Assembly (NCBI RefSeq): GCF_003704095.1 | Contig: NW_020844573.1 | Coordinates: 806,001-870,000 of the forward strand | Direction of reading: 5' to 3' | Length of the DNA stretch: 64,000 nucleotides | Source: Pocillopora damicornis | Lineage: Eukaryota | Part shown: positions 1 to 13,600 of the stretch, piece after piece | Layout: every line of letters starts with the position of its first letter | How positions within the stretch are numbered: position 1 is the first letter of the stretch | The notes under the pieces: generated by a model | What the model saw: only the letters and a program-made list of their open reading frames with translations | What the model was told of the DNA's origin: nothing | Databases searched by the model: none | Position numbers and translations under genes: made by a program

Positions 1-1508
1 CCCAGTTTTTGCTCTAACAAGTTTGAATCCTTGATCATGAGCTCTAAACTTTGAGTATCCATTTCTAGCAAAATTCCTGTCAATTTTTCTGCATCATCTG
101 GATATTGCTCTTCAATCAAGGCATACATCTGTTCACCTAAGGCTTGTTTTGTTTTAAAATTGTCATTGTGGTGTGTAGAGGATTCAGACGGTAAAATGCT
201 GCATCTTTCTAATTTATTACTTTTATCAGATATATCTGTGGATGAGTCTCTTACATGTGAATTCCCTCTGAAAGAAAGACAAGGATTTTCAGGGTTTGTG
301 CTTTGTTCATTTGTGCTATCTTTGACCAGTTGACAATCTAACCTGCAGAAGTGTTGTATACATTGTGGTTAAAATAAAACTTTCACTCAGTTTTTTTTCC
401 AAGCTGTAAAAGTTCAAGTTGAATTTACTTCATTTTAGATTACCTGATAGTACAAAGTTTCTAACAAAGAAAAACGAAAAATTTTTATCTAGTTTGAAAT
501 GTTTTCACCCTAGAAACAAAATTGAACCATTAGAAATAGGAATTAGAACAAATTCAGTATTTGTGATTTTCCAGTGATTTATTTTTGCTAAAAGTTACTT
601 TTACATGTCAAATAAAATTCATCCTTCAGTTCAAAACAATAAATTTTCATGACAAGCTCTATTTTCACTTTAAAAATTTCCATATATATTTTCAAAGATA
701 ACACTGATAAATAATACTGAAACTTACTTTTGTTACAATTATTGCTGTGGCAGGAACCAAAGATAGACAAACAGGCACCATGGTTTATCATAAATCAAAT
801 TTGTTAATTCTGATAAATTTTCATCAGAATAATTATATAGTCATGGAGCAATTTCATAAACAATAGGATTTTATGTGGGCTCTTTTGTTTGACGGAAATG
901 TAGGGAATATTTACAACAAAAACAAACTAATGTTAACCTTTCAAGTGAAAACATAATCTGATCTGCTTTTATTTAAATCTAAAAGAATAATATCAAATCT
1001 TCCGAAAGTTTAACAAGATTAAACACCTTTAATTAATGCTGCTATTTTCTCCAATAGGAGAAAGACAAGGGGAAAAATTTTGGTGGCGAAAAAAAATGAT
1101 TAAAGAATTGATTGAGAAAATCAAAGGCAAGCTATAGTAATAATTTATTTAGGGAAAACAGCTGTCTTTAATTCGACTTCGGAATGAATCAACAGGATTT
1201 CAATCACGCGATCTTGAAGATCGTTGGGGAAGAGATCGAAAGTGTCCGAGTAAAAGCCTTTACGCTAACCAACTGGTAATTTTGGCTTACCTTTCGGGAA
1301 GTACATGCCCTGCAGCTTTGTGAATCTTACAAAGAAGCTCTTCACGATTTGTTGAGGTTAGAATTCGTTTGAGTTCATTGCAGTCTAACTCCAGTAACAT
1401 ACCAGTAATGTAATCAGCATGTTCTGGATATATTTGTTGCACTATTTCGTACAATTCCTCTCCAAAGTCAGCTTCATTTTTCTCGCGTTCACTGAGTGAA
1501 TTTCCCAT
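1..1508 (-). CDS. Multi-MLLE (PABC) domain protein with a putative N-myristoylation signal; 3' part lies outside the window
   Basis: Exon 1 is 1508-1291 (ATG, then MGNSLSEREKNEADFGEELYEIVQQIYPEHADYITGMLLELD..., donor AG|GTAAG). Exon 2 is 342-<1 (acceptor TTCTGCAG), in frame, ending ...KQALGEQMYALIEEQYPDDAEKLTGILLEMDTQSLELMIKDSNLLEQKL. Both segments match the MLLE pattern (LGExLYxLI...A.KITGMLLE). Confidence 0.85.
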
Positions 1509-1849
1509 TTTCCTGCACAAAGAGCTCACGAGTGAATGACGAATGCCAGCCAGAGCCTTTCTGGGGTGAGGGGAGTTTCGAAGCGATTTAAAGAGCATTT
1601 TTTGCTTAATAAGATACAATCCTTTCCTACGTTTACAAAAAAAAAACCGAAAATAAATTTAGATTCTAAATGCCTTCCATCTTGTCGGAGTTGTGTTTTT
1701 TTAAAGCTTATTTATTTTGATGTTTCTGTAAGCAAATCATACCCTCCCTCCCCCGCAGGTGAGACAAGTTAGGTCTTTGGTAGAACCCAGGTTGTTGCGG
1801 TCGTTCCTTTCGTACACAGACTTGTCGCTGATTAAATCTCGGGTTCAAA
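1509..1849. promoter_or_regulatory. Compact bidirectional promoter between the MLLE gene and CCP110
   Basis: The divergent ATGs at 1508 (-) and 1850 (+) are only 341 bp apart. The region is locally CpG-richer, and a YY1-like CAAAATGGCG overlaps the CCP110 start. Confidence 0.65.
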
Positions 1850-4414
1850 ATGGCGCGGGAACTTGAGGTACAAAGTCTTTCTGCGTTTCTTTTTTCTTTT
1901 AGGCTTTCTAACGATTCTGCGAAGTTTCTTAACGCAGTTTTTTAAATAAGCACATCGAGTTAAACGCTATGAAACATTTTTATTTCAGGAAAAACATTCA
2001 GTGGAGATGCCATCTTGTTTGCGTGCGCTCTTTGAACAAACAAGCAGTGAACAGCAAGACAAATGGTTTGCAAACAACGCTCGTTTTTCGACGAAATCGC
2101 ACAAATCGATACTGTCATTCAATGGCATGGCCCTTCCACCACCTCTGGTAGGATTTTTAATGCTTGAATCGTTATAGAAAGAAACTTTTAGAGCCGTAAA
2201 TCTCAAATCCGATTTGATTTCTGTTGCAAGCTTAAATGTTGACACAATGTTTTTGGCGTCATCGCCAAATAAATGAAGTTTGTAAATACAGATGTACTCT
2301 TATTCTGTTTTGTTAAGCTCTTTCCGCGCTATTTTACATTGGTAATCGTACCGAAACTCATCACTCGTTCCTGCTCTCGGATATTGTGGATGCAGTATGC
2401 TCAATTTCTGTTTCATGAACTAATCAAATTTTACATATTTCTCTACTGTACACAAGTTAAACAACAGCCTTTCAGTTTTAAAATTAAAAATATCCGATGA
2501 TGTATTCAAACGCTCACAACAAGCTTTCCAATTACACTTGGTAATGTTCGTAATTTTGTTGGTGCCGTAATCATTTGAGTTATCCTAGCTTAACATTATG
2601 GAAGCTGTAACTGCATACAGTATTAGACTAGTAGTAAGGTTTTTGTGACTTATCAGTCGTAATATCACGGTGCTAATGAAAGGATATTTACTGAATTGTC
2701 ATTAACATCAATCTATTCATATTTCTTTGTAGAATATCATAGTGCATTGTTTTATTCTTGATTCATCTTTTTTTCACTGGTTAATTAGGACTGAGAATAA
2801 TTGTTTCCCAATTATTTGTTAAACTGATAATGGGTCTCATGGGTCATGTTGTGCTTTCCTGGCTCCACTTGTCAGAAATAAAGATACTTATTCCTAAATT
2901 GCTCTCTAGTGGACTGTGTTGTTTAAAATCCTGTTTTCCATAATCCTTAATGACAGTCAATTTGTTTTTGTAAGAACAGGCTAACTGCAAAATAGCTTGT
3001 TACATCAAACTCCTTTTCTACACTTTTTTTCATTATGGGATCCAGGAAAACTATGCCTATTCATTTAGCTTGTCCCAGGCTCTCAGTCATCAGAGACAAG
3101 TGATAGAGCAGGAGTATAACATACTACTGTTATGCTTGTTTGCCTGTTACAATTTTTCATTGTTTAGTCTGAGTGAAAGGTAGACTAGGTGTAATATAAT
3201 TTAGCAAATATCTGAATTGTTATCTCCTTAAATTTATGTTTTCCAGCTCACAGAGAAAGAGCGAGCTGAAATGCGTCAGCATAGAAGGGAAGCAGTCAAA
3301 TGTGAAGCCAAAATGTTTGGAAGAAGGAGAGAAAGGTATTCAGATCTACTCCTACAAGTCATGTCAGTCGTGGACAGGATTCAGGTGAGAAGACAAGAAC
3401 TAGCTCTTTAACTTTGAGAAAAACATTGCTAACTAATATAGAATGTAGAGCACATTCTTGAAAGAGGCAGGCTATAATTTATAACGATCAAGTGAAGTAA
3501 TCATTCTTATGATGAAGTCACTTTTGATGTGAAGCAGAACATTTTAACCTTGAACAGTGACTCTTCATTGGGATTTTAACGAGGATAATAATTGTTTTGT
3601 TTTGTAAGAAACAAAGGGATTTGAAGGAGTCAACTGAAGCTCAATTTGATGATCAAGATTTAAGAGAGAGGACACTTGCTTCAGAAAATGATCAGACAGG
3701 AAGCAGAACATTATATCCAAATAATATACAATCTGCTTTGTTTGAGACTGACTTTGATAGAAGATATGTGTGTGATGCTACTTCCAACACTGAAAGAAAT
3801 TCAAAACAAGAACAGTTCAGTTCATTACTAGGAGACTGGACTGAAAGCAGTAATCATAATGAGCAAACAAGCAGAGTGAACAGTCAGATGGATTATTTAC
3901 CAGAATCTACAAATACCAACTCTGGAAATCAAAGAGGAACATATAAATACCATGGCCATCCATTAAGAAATAAGAATTCTAGGGAAGAATTTACAAGTTT
4001 GCCTGGAAAATTTGCAAGTGAAGATTTCCTGTTTAGCTCCACTCAAAATAAGGAAACCTTTGATTTTAAAAGACCACTTTCAAAACTCTCTGTTGCTTCA
4101 GAAATTACTTTGCGAGGCTCCCTTGAATTGTTTCCAGACAAGAAGGGACACGTGTCTGATTCACTTGCATCTACTGTTTTGTCTGTGGCCTCATCAGGTG
4201 AGACTATAAGTTAATAATTGATAAATGCTTTGCCTTTTTTTGTCACAAAATTAATTTGCTTTGACATCAAATATATTGTTGCTCTGTATTTTTAAGATTA
4301 TATGGAAAATTATCTATGAATTGATAAGAAAGTATTCAGCAATATTACATTTTCAGAAATAGTTTGAATATTATAACTTAATTTCTACTAAATCTTAAAT
4401 ATATATAAATATAT

Positions 4415-4448
<34 letters not shown>

Positions 4449-7400
4449 GAAGTATACAATTAGCTCTCATCGTGAAATTACCTAAAGGAATATAAAAACT
4501 CAGTATTGTTTGGGAATAAATATAATGGTGAAACTGATAAAGTTGGTGACAATGCCTGACTGTTCCCTTGGAGTCCTTTGTGACTGTGTAGAGGGTAACA
4601 GCAGTGAGAAAATAAAAAAAATAGTTTAATAGCAGTTGAATTCAATTTGTTATACTATTGAACATAAATTGGACTTTTACACTACTGGACACAAATTTTT
4701 CATCCTTTATTTAATGATCAAGTCCAGTAAGTAAAGCAAGTCAGCCAACAATTTGTAATATTTTAAAGTTGGAATGATTATCATTTTGTTTCACTTTATA
4801 GATTACAGTGCTCCAACTATACAATCATCTGTTATAGAATCACAGCCCACAGGATCTTCCATTCAACAGAGTACAGATTCACCAGCTGAGAGCATCCATG
4901 ACAAAAACTTTGAAGACCAGACAAGATTGCCATCCACAAGGCAAATACCAAGTGGCAAGACTCACTCAAAGATAGTTTCAGGAAAACAAGAGTCTGAGAA
5001 ACAAAAGGCTAGAAATATACCAGCTGTCCAAGACCAAGATAAAACTCTGGCAAACTTGGAAAAACTAAGGCAAAAACTCCTTGAGGAAAAACAAAAGCAA
5101 CTAGATGCTCTGAAGCAACAGGAGCTTAAAAGGCTTCAAAAAAAAAAAAGGGTACAAGGAATTGGTTCAGAGCATACACATGCTTCCTTTCATAGCCACA
5201 GCGAGCATTGTACAATGGAGAGACCACAGTCTAGTTCTGTACCTTTGACAAAGCAATCAGACCTAACACAGGCACTCCTTGAGGAATCAGAAAGTCATAC
5301 AGTTAAAACTGATAGATCATCTGCAGATTATCACAGACCAGGAACAGCACCCCTTCGTAGACCTATTTCAATGCCTCCAGGTGAAATGTACTCTATTCTA
5401 GAGCTAAGTGGAGAGAATCTTGATTTTGATAACCATGATGAAGACAATGTTGAACCTGAATCATCTTCTGATAAAGAGAACCATGTTGGAGAGGAGGTTG
5501 AGGTTTTCAGAGAAAACAGAAAAAATGCTGTTGTGGAGAATGTTCCTGGTGATGTTATGAATAGAAGAAAAAGTGAGCAGAGAAACATGAATCCTTTCAT
5601 TGCATGGAAGGATTCCAAGATCTTCTCATCAGAAGTGGATGACCAGGTATTCATAATGTATATATTGGACATCTCAACCATAACTTTTAAACTTGATGAA
5701 AGTTCATCATTAGGATACTTGAGTCATCTTAGGTGAACCCTTTGACTGCTAAGAGTGACTACACCTAATTTCTCTTTACAGTATCATCTCTGGATCAAAT
5801 AGTAAGGTCGCAAGAGTAAAGGATATGATCATCAACCAAAGGAGCTCTTGATTATGAAACAAATTCTCTATTCCAGTTCTCCAACTTTTTTATATCATTT
5901 TGAGAATTTAATTCATCTCCCAAGGAATTGAGTCTAGTCAATTTATTTCATACAATCATTTCTTTCTGAACAATATTGTAGGGGTATAAATTTATTAGAA
6001 GCAATGATCATTGTGGGTCTCAGACATTTTGTATTATATTCCTTAGTTTGTGTATAATGGATGGGATAAATTTGCCAAACTCTCAGCCCATGCCAAAGGA
6101 TTTCTAACGAGGTTATTAATGAAAACTGACAAGGTACAAGGCTTGATAAAGACAGTCAAGGTGAGGATACTTTATTAAGTACTGTACTTTATTTTGAAAT
6201 TAGGAACCATGAAAATAATCACAATTAACTCAACACAATTATAATGGATTGACTTCAGTTTTGCTTCCACAGGACACCAGAGATGTGTTGGAAGATATAT
6301 GTAAAGAAGATACACAGTCTGTTCAGGAAAAGATACTCAAAGAGAATGTTGAGGGCCATGTATGTTCACTTCAACTGCATTAATTGACAAACTTTGGGGA
6401 AACTTTCCCAGCCATCTCATTGTGGTCACTTGTGCTTGTTCTGATTGAGTGATCTTTTTTTCTGCCCCTCCTTTTACTTCTGTGATTACAAAACATTAGA
6501 TCCCAAGATCTGAAAACGGATTTTTTTCCCAATAGTTGAAACAGAGCACAGAAGTTTGAACCTGAGGGAAGGGATATACATGGTGTTAGAGGGAGATGTT
6601 GTTTTGAAAGATTATAATGTCACTCCATTGCTCCTTATCTGGTGCTTTGGTGAAGTTTTGACACTGATTAATTGTCTGACTGTGATTGATTAAAGTTCTG
6701 GTTTGGAAAGTCTTCCTGAAAATGGAAACTTTTTCTTTCCTTTATAGCTAAGAATAGCAAGAGGTAGTCTACATGATGTGTTCTTTAAGATATCTATAAG
6801 GGAGAGAATGTCCTACATAGCCCATTCACGAGACTTAGCAAGAGCTAAAGAGGCTAAGCGCAGAAACACCAGGGTAAGTGAGAACTGTTTACATCATTTT
6901 TCTCATTTGTTGACACATTGAAACCTTCTGACAATTATAGCCTTTAATTGTTAAGTGAACTCCCTTGTTAGTGAGAAGTTGAAGAAGGTGAAATATTTGA
7001 ACTAGTTGCATGATACATGTCAAGTTGAATTTATGATAGATTGCCTATTGACTGAATAACAGTTACAGCAAATTTGAAGGGGAAAAACTGTCTTCTATGC
7101 TGCTCTTGATTTTTTTTACAGCTTCTTTTTGGTAAGAAACTGAAAGAGAGAAATGATCCTTCCCTACTTTTTAATCTGCATTTTCATATGGTATTGGATA
7201 AATTTTACAGTTCTGTAATAATAATAGTTTCTTCATTTTGTGACATAATCAGAGCTCTATAGGCCAGTCAAGACTATCTGCTGTCACTTTACGGGCAATA
7301 CAGAGAAGACAGGAAGGATTAGATACGTATCCTTTTAAAACTTAGATTACTGTAAGTTGCACTGTTAGTTATTTGGATTGAGATTTCAAAGAACATTGCC

Positions 7401-8663
7401 ATGTAAGAGACAATAGTAAATCTGTCTTGTTACTTTTGGTCCTTAATTTTTTCATTCCAAGCTCTGTAACACAAACTGTAAATTCAGAGGTGAAGCCAAA
7501 ACCTGAACTGAAGGAAGAGAAGAAAAAGAAAACTTGGAACATCAGGTTAGTTTGTGTGCAAGCAGTTGGCAAATGTATAATCCTCTTGAATACTATGCAA
7601 AAACTGGATTTTCTTATGCATGCTTTTGAATTTTTGCCTGTAAGTATGATGTTGCCGAAACAGTAGTAGTAATAAGTAACAAAGTGCTTGTAGCCATTCT
7701 GAGGTGGCTCAGAAAACTCCAAGGTAACATTTATTGATAATGATTACGGTGTTTCATGTACCAACTTCGTTGTGTTTGATTGTGTAAAGGGTTCTAAAAC
7801 CACAGCAGGGACATACTTCTCCACCTCTACCTGACAGAGCAAGGTATGTTGCATTTATCTTGACTATTTTTTTTTACTCCAGAAATGTTTTACAAATGCA
7901 CACATTCAACAGACTAATTATTGCAGTTTTTTACAGGTCAGTTACTCTGTGATTAACTGTCCTGATAAGGCAGTGAAATTCTAGAAATATTTCTGGTTTT
8001 CATAGTTTTCTGAGTTTTTTTTTTCTTTTTTTAGTGTTACTTCTAAACCTTATATATTCTTAACTTGGATAATGTTTATAGTCTGTGTGATCAAGGCTGG
8101 TTTCATTTGCTTTTCATAAATGTAATGTAAGTTTCTTTTCAATTACTTTTTCAAAGGTCTAAGAAGCCAAACTCCAGACCAGCCACAGCCCCAGAGAAAC
8201 CTCTGTGAGTTAACTTTATCACACTTTGCATTTAGCCACTCTGAGAGTAGACATCTTTTTTGCATGTGGCTAGGCCACACTAATTCCTTTTTTTTTTTTT
8301 TTTTTTGCTTTGTTAATTCAATTTTTTTTTTCACCTAGTAATCCCAGGTTTCAAAAGGATGATGCTCTTAACCGACCCAAAACAACAGGTAATACATATG
8401 GAAAACCTGATAAGCCATCCAGATCTAGCTTGGGAGGTGGATATCAACCTCCAAATAGACCATCAAGACAAAGTATTGGAAGTATTACTAAACAACCCAA
8501 AGTTGCGGCTCAACCAAGGGCAAAGAAACGACTGAGTCTACCAGAGAGTGCTCAACCAAGAATTAAAGGACATGTTACAACCAAAGATGCAGTGCAGAGG
8601 CCTAAAACAGCTTCAGAGGTGAAGAGAAGTTCAAGAACCTTGGCTGCAAACTTTTCGCATTAA
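1850..8663 (+). CDS. CCP110: Centriolar coiled-coil protein of 110 kDa (CP110) homologue
   Basis: Exons: 1850-1867, 1989-2147, 3247-3384, 3609-4197, 4802-5646, 6047-6160, 6273-6359, 6748-6873, 7253-7326, 7462-7545, 7790-7843, 8157-8204, 8339-8663, all phase-compatible. The N-terminal SILSFNGMALPPPL|LTEKERAEMRQHRREAVKCEA matches the CP110 N-terminal motif. The C-terminal KLSAHAKGFLTRLLMKTDKVQGLIKTVK|DT, LRIARGSLHDVFFKISIRERMSYIAHSRD, RLSAVTLRAIQRR and RVLKPQQG match the conserved CP110 calmodulin-binding C-terminal block. Confidence 0.9.
4414..4448. repeat. (TTA)n microsatellite in a CCP110 intron
   Basis: Imperfect run ttattattattattattattagtattattattat. Confidence 0.8.
7327..7461 (+). other. 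U12-type (minor spliceosome) GT-AG intron in CCP110
   Basis: 5' splice site is GTATCCTTTT. A branch site TCCTTAAT sits at 7440-7447, about 14 nt before the AG at 7460-7461. The flanking exons join in frame. Confidence 0.85.
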
Positions 8664-10662
8664 CTGACATAGGCTAAGAATATATTAGTTATGGTTGAAC
8701 ATCTAGATTGATGTGACAACAGACTTGTACATTGAATACAATGGATATGAATTTATCAGAGTATTTATCTAAAGGTGAGATTACTATTTAAAGGAAAACA
8801 TTATAAGAGCTACAGAGTGAATTTTGTAAGCCTTGATTTAGTTTTCATTTGCTATTCATCTGCATGGCCTTGTCCTGGTACTTTTTGTATACTTCCTTTA
8901 TTAGCTAACTTGGTAAGAGAATGTTGTTGCAAGTGACAATCTTTTGCCTTGGATGCAAAAATTTTTTCAATTTTCTGGTGAAAGATAAAAATAATTGTTA
9001 CAGCAATTTTCAATAGGGTGTGATGAGTCTGTCTAATTTTTGACAAAATTACAAAGTTCTCAATTTTTGTTTAATAATTTTCACCCATAGGAATTCTGAG
9101 GCTCTTTGTAAGCTTAATAGAAACATTGAACTTGTTTGTGGGACTCTTAAAATGGTGTAGCATTAAATTGTCAAATATATGCAAAAAGGTCTACTTTGTA
9201 AAAGTAACATTTTTTAAATAACTTAAATATTACGTGTGCTTAGTCTGGTCAAAAACCTTTTGTTAATTGTATTTGGAAAAGTGTGGCAATTTATTTATTA
9301 AAGAGCATTTTTGGTGCATTTTCAGTTTGTTTATCAGTGTTGTAACCTTTGCAAGGATGGGAGGACACCAGAAAATTTTGTGAAATGCTCACTTATGACT
9401 TGTGACTTACAGACCTCTAACACCCTAATGGGCTGTTGCATCAGTAACCAGATAGAAAGTGTAGCCTGTAATGGCCAAAACTGACACTTGCCAGTCATAA
9501 TGTTATCCTCAACTTTTTGATAAAGGCATGTTTTCCTTTTTTGGAGAGAGAAAAATGAAAGGATAATTAAATAACCATACCATAATTCGTTTTCCCGCTA
9601 ACCACCTGTTTCTGTTATCTGAGGCAGATAAAGGTGTCAACGGTCTATCATATTTTTTTTTGTTTTTTGCTCAACGAGGTCTAAGGTCGATTTCTTGACT
9701 GTACCAGTACGCGATTGGATCCAGAATAGCTCAAGTGATTTTTTAATTTTCAAATGATCCCAAGTCCGCGTTTATTATTTCTCAGTTTTTTCATTAATTC
9801 AAGAAATCAATTATCTTTCTTGTTTTACCCCCAGTTAAGTTGGTGCAAATCACTCGTGTAAAATCCTGGATCCACTCCTGCAGTAACTTTAAGGGCCTCG
9901 AGCCGTATCTTTAAATCGATCAATATTAGAACAGGTCTTACCTCAAAAAACGGAATAAAACAGTATATTCTCTTCCGTTTGCTGACATTTAATTGTTTTG
10001 TTAATATCTTGATCGTAGCACAGAAAGCAAACAAGCGGAGCCTTGCCCTCCACTTCCTAATTGAGACAACCAACTTCCTTCCTCAATGATTGAATCTCTT
10101 AGTAGAGAGACAACGACTTTTTGTTGTCAAACTTAATCGCACAAGAAAAGAAAAGAGCTAAGTCACTGTCTATTGTGTTAAATTAGTCAGTTTTAAAAAC
10201 ACCTTTCGCATAGAATTTGCCTGATTCGGTAAGCACGAGTCATCTGGATCGAGCACTGTTCAGAAGGTTGAAGGGGAGGGGGATGGGGAGGGGATTTTTA
10301 CGCTAGCCTCCTTCCCCTCCCCTGTTATATATGTTATGCATGCTGCTGTCAAACAACTCCCCGTCCGAAAAAAAAACCTTCCTAAAGCCTGACAAAGAAA
10401 CTTGCATGACTTCGTCTCAGACTTTCCAGTCTGGGGAAGATGTGAAAGACGAAGCTGAAGACAGGAAATGTCGGTTTCACCGACCCGGGAGTGAATTCGG
10501 CGCTGTGATTGGCCAGGTTGACAGCGTTTTTGTAGTGAACAAATCTTTCAAACTTCGAGGCTGTGTGTGCGGTCGGTTCGGCGATATGGCGGTTAAAAGC
10601 TCTCTTGTTTTAGCCTGTAGGGATTAATGTCCTCCCGCTGAACGTTTAACAGAGCATATCAA

Positions 10663-13600
10663 ATGGCTGCAAAGAATCCAAATCCTCAGGATATTGGTGA
10701 ATTTGATCGTATCCGGAAGGAAAATGCAGTGCTCCGAGATGAACTTGTTAACATGCGCGAAGAAATCTCAAGTGAACGACACACTCATGAACAGTTGTTG
10801 AAAAGCTTTCAAGTTCGACACAATGAAGATTCGAGGAAACTACGGGAGGAGAAGAAGCTCACATCGAAATTAGCGGAGGAAAATGGAGAACTTCGGTTGG
10901 AGCTTAAAGCTTTCAGGGAGCGTTCTCTGGCAAATGGAAGGGATCACGAAAAGTTACAGGGGTCAGATGTAAACGAAAGATTGTTCCAGGAACTCAGTGC
11001 TATGGGGAAACGGCTTGGATTACTGCACAATGATTTACTCTCAAGTCCTGCTCTGAAAAATTTGGATGGAAGGCATGCTGCCAAACGAGGTGAGAGAGGA
11101 ATTTTGTTGTGTACTTCTGAAAAGCGTCGCTTCAGTTACTTCCAAGCTTTTGAATTGTTTGTATCAATTGCAGGGTTACTAAATACTAAAGTTATCTCAT
11201 GTAAAAGGAGTAGATTATGGTAGATAAAGAGTCTTAAAAGAGGGGATGAACTTAATCGTTCTGCAATATGTGGGACAGCAAATCACAGATTTGAGAATGA
11301 TATGGAGGGTAGGCTAGAAAGTGATACCAATTGATCAAAGGTTCGAAACGCACATTGGTAGCAGAGGCACAGACTGTCTACCTCCAACCACTGCTGTGAT
11401 TTAGAAGTAGTAATAATGTTTCCTGAGAAGAGAATTCTTTGTTAATGAGTACGTCATCTTTATGTCGGCCTCTTAAAGGGGAAAGGTGGGAATTATTAGC
11501 TAATGACCAACTTAAATTGGCCCCAAGGATCTACGCATTGCTTGTTTGTTGACATTGGGTATAAATAGGGCAGTTTTGAAATATGAACTTGGCTGAAACA
11601 GAGCTGAAGTAATTTTAAAATCGTGGATTTATTCTGGGCTTTGTAATGTCATTAGTTGAAACTTTTAGTCTGGTATCAAATAACGCATGAGATTAAGATT
11701 GAGGTAGATTATGTACTTGATAACAGCAGACGCGTAATGTAATTAGTATGGAAAGCGTTGTGCTTCTGAACTTTAACATTCTTCGTTTCTTATCTCTGGG
11801 GGTAAATTTCTATCAATTAAACTTGAACCAAACACAAATTGAAAGAATGTGATGATTTCAAATTTCATTTTTTGTGAAAGGTTGATGTTGATAGGCAAGA
11901 TAAATGAGTGAAGAAAAGATTGTGCAAATTGAAGATGTACAGTATTCAAACTCCGCAGGAATGTGTTCTCTACTTTTTGTTTTGAGATTCTGTTTGAATT
12001 AAACTGAAGATTGATTTCATTGAATTGAAGAAAAAATACATAAACCCTTACAGTGCCATGAGTGACCAAGACATAACTTTTCCATATAATATCAACACTA
12101 TACCAAGCAGACAAGTGATGGGAATAAAGGAAAATATCAATTAGGGGATTATTTGTGGATCATTTGTGGATCCAATACCAAATTCTTTGAACCAACTTCA
12201 TAAAAATTGTATGACAGACAGTAAGGAGAATTACAATTGAGAACTTGGGAGTGAAAAGCTTACGAGAACTGGATGCAAAAGAAAGGAAAAATATGTAAAA
12301 CTTAGCGAGAAATACCATCTGTTATTTCAATGAGGTATTTTCTAGTTTGATGTGCCAAAAATGTATAATATCATACACAGGTGTTAAAAAGTGTACAATT
12401 TTTAATACTGTGTGGGATGAAAATTGATAGAGATTTGCAGATACCCTAATTTTGTGTTTGATAGGAAAAACTTCTGGGTCCAGTTGTAGAGAAGGGTGGA
12501 TAATGCTATCCAAAGGATAAATCGCTATCCAGGGCATAAGTGTTGACAAAACATACTGTGCTATCAACTGGGTAAAGATTTATTCAGCATATAATGTTAT
12601 TCACCCTTTGAACAACCAGGTCCTGCAGTTTTTACTTTATCAAAATATAACAGATATCCTCAGAGAGCTGTAACTTCCAAAGGCAAATATTCATATTCCT
12701 TTGATAATAATTATAATATCATTATATTTTGATGGAATGTAGAAGCTGGATCTGTTGTGAAAGACCCCTTAAAGAAACTAGGCACAGAACTGATGAGCTT
12801 AAGAGCCCTACTAACAGCAAAATCAAGCATCAGGCTCAATGGAGTTACATTACCAGATCATAGAGAAGGTAATTATATTCAGTATAAGTCTACACCAAAC
12901 AGGTGAATAGTGCTTTTTGCATCCATGATTGTCTATTTATTTAGTCACATTGAATCATTAGTCTCGAAATAAGAGCTATTTTATAAATAAAGTTGTGAGT
13001 TTTTCTCTTGAGTTGGATTCATTTTGTTCTTTCAGTTAAGACAAATGGTATGGCTTCAAATTCAGTGAGTGGTAATCAAACAAGTCTACCACCAGATGAC
13101 TTAGTCCATCTCACTGGACCAATCACAGAAGCTGCACTTCTGGGAGCTCTTCAACAAAGAAGTGCTGCAGCTGAAAATTATGTAGGTGATAAAATGGAAA
13201 CAGTGACATTCAACCTCTTCTTGTTTATATGCATCTGATGGAAATCAATGCTTCTTTACCTTTGAACCTTTAAGTAAAATATCTAAATTCCCATTTCACC
13301 AGTGTGGTAAGTTTTTCCTTCACAGGAAAATTTAGAATATTTGGTTCCATATTTAGGAAATTAGTATCATTTGCTATTTACATTTTGTGGTGCTGAAGGT
13401 TCTGAATATCCATGATATATTAATTAACCATAATAAAATAATTGAGATACTTAAAGTGCCCTGATTGGTCATAAACCTATCATCTATTGCACTGGTAAAC
13501 CCATAGAAAATTAAAGTTTATTTTGTAAAACTGCTAAACTACACTTTTGATTGGTTTTCCAGTATAATAACCCAGTTGGAATGTTAGGAATAGGAGAACG

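Noticed and set aside
1509-1619. N-terminal extension of the 110-aa ORF in the track
   Set aside because: It begins at a non-ATG codon, and the only upstream in-frame ATG gives no recognisable sequence. The ATG at 1508 directly precedes the MLLE domain. Not formally excluded.
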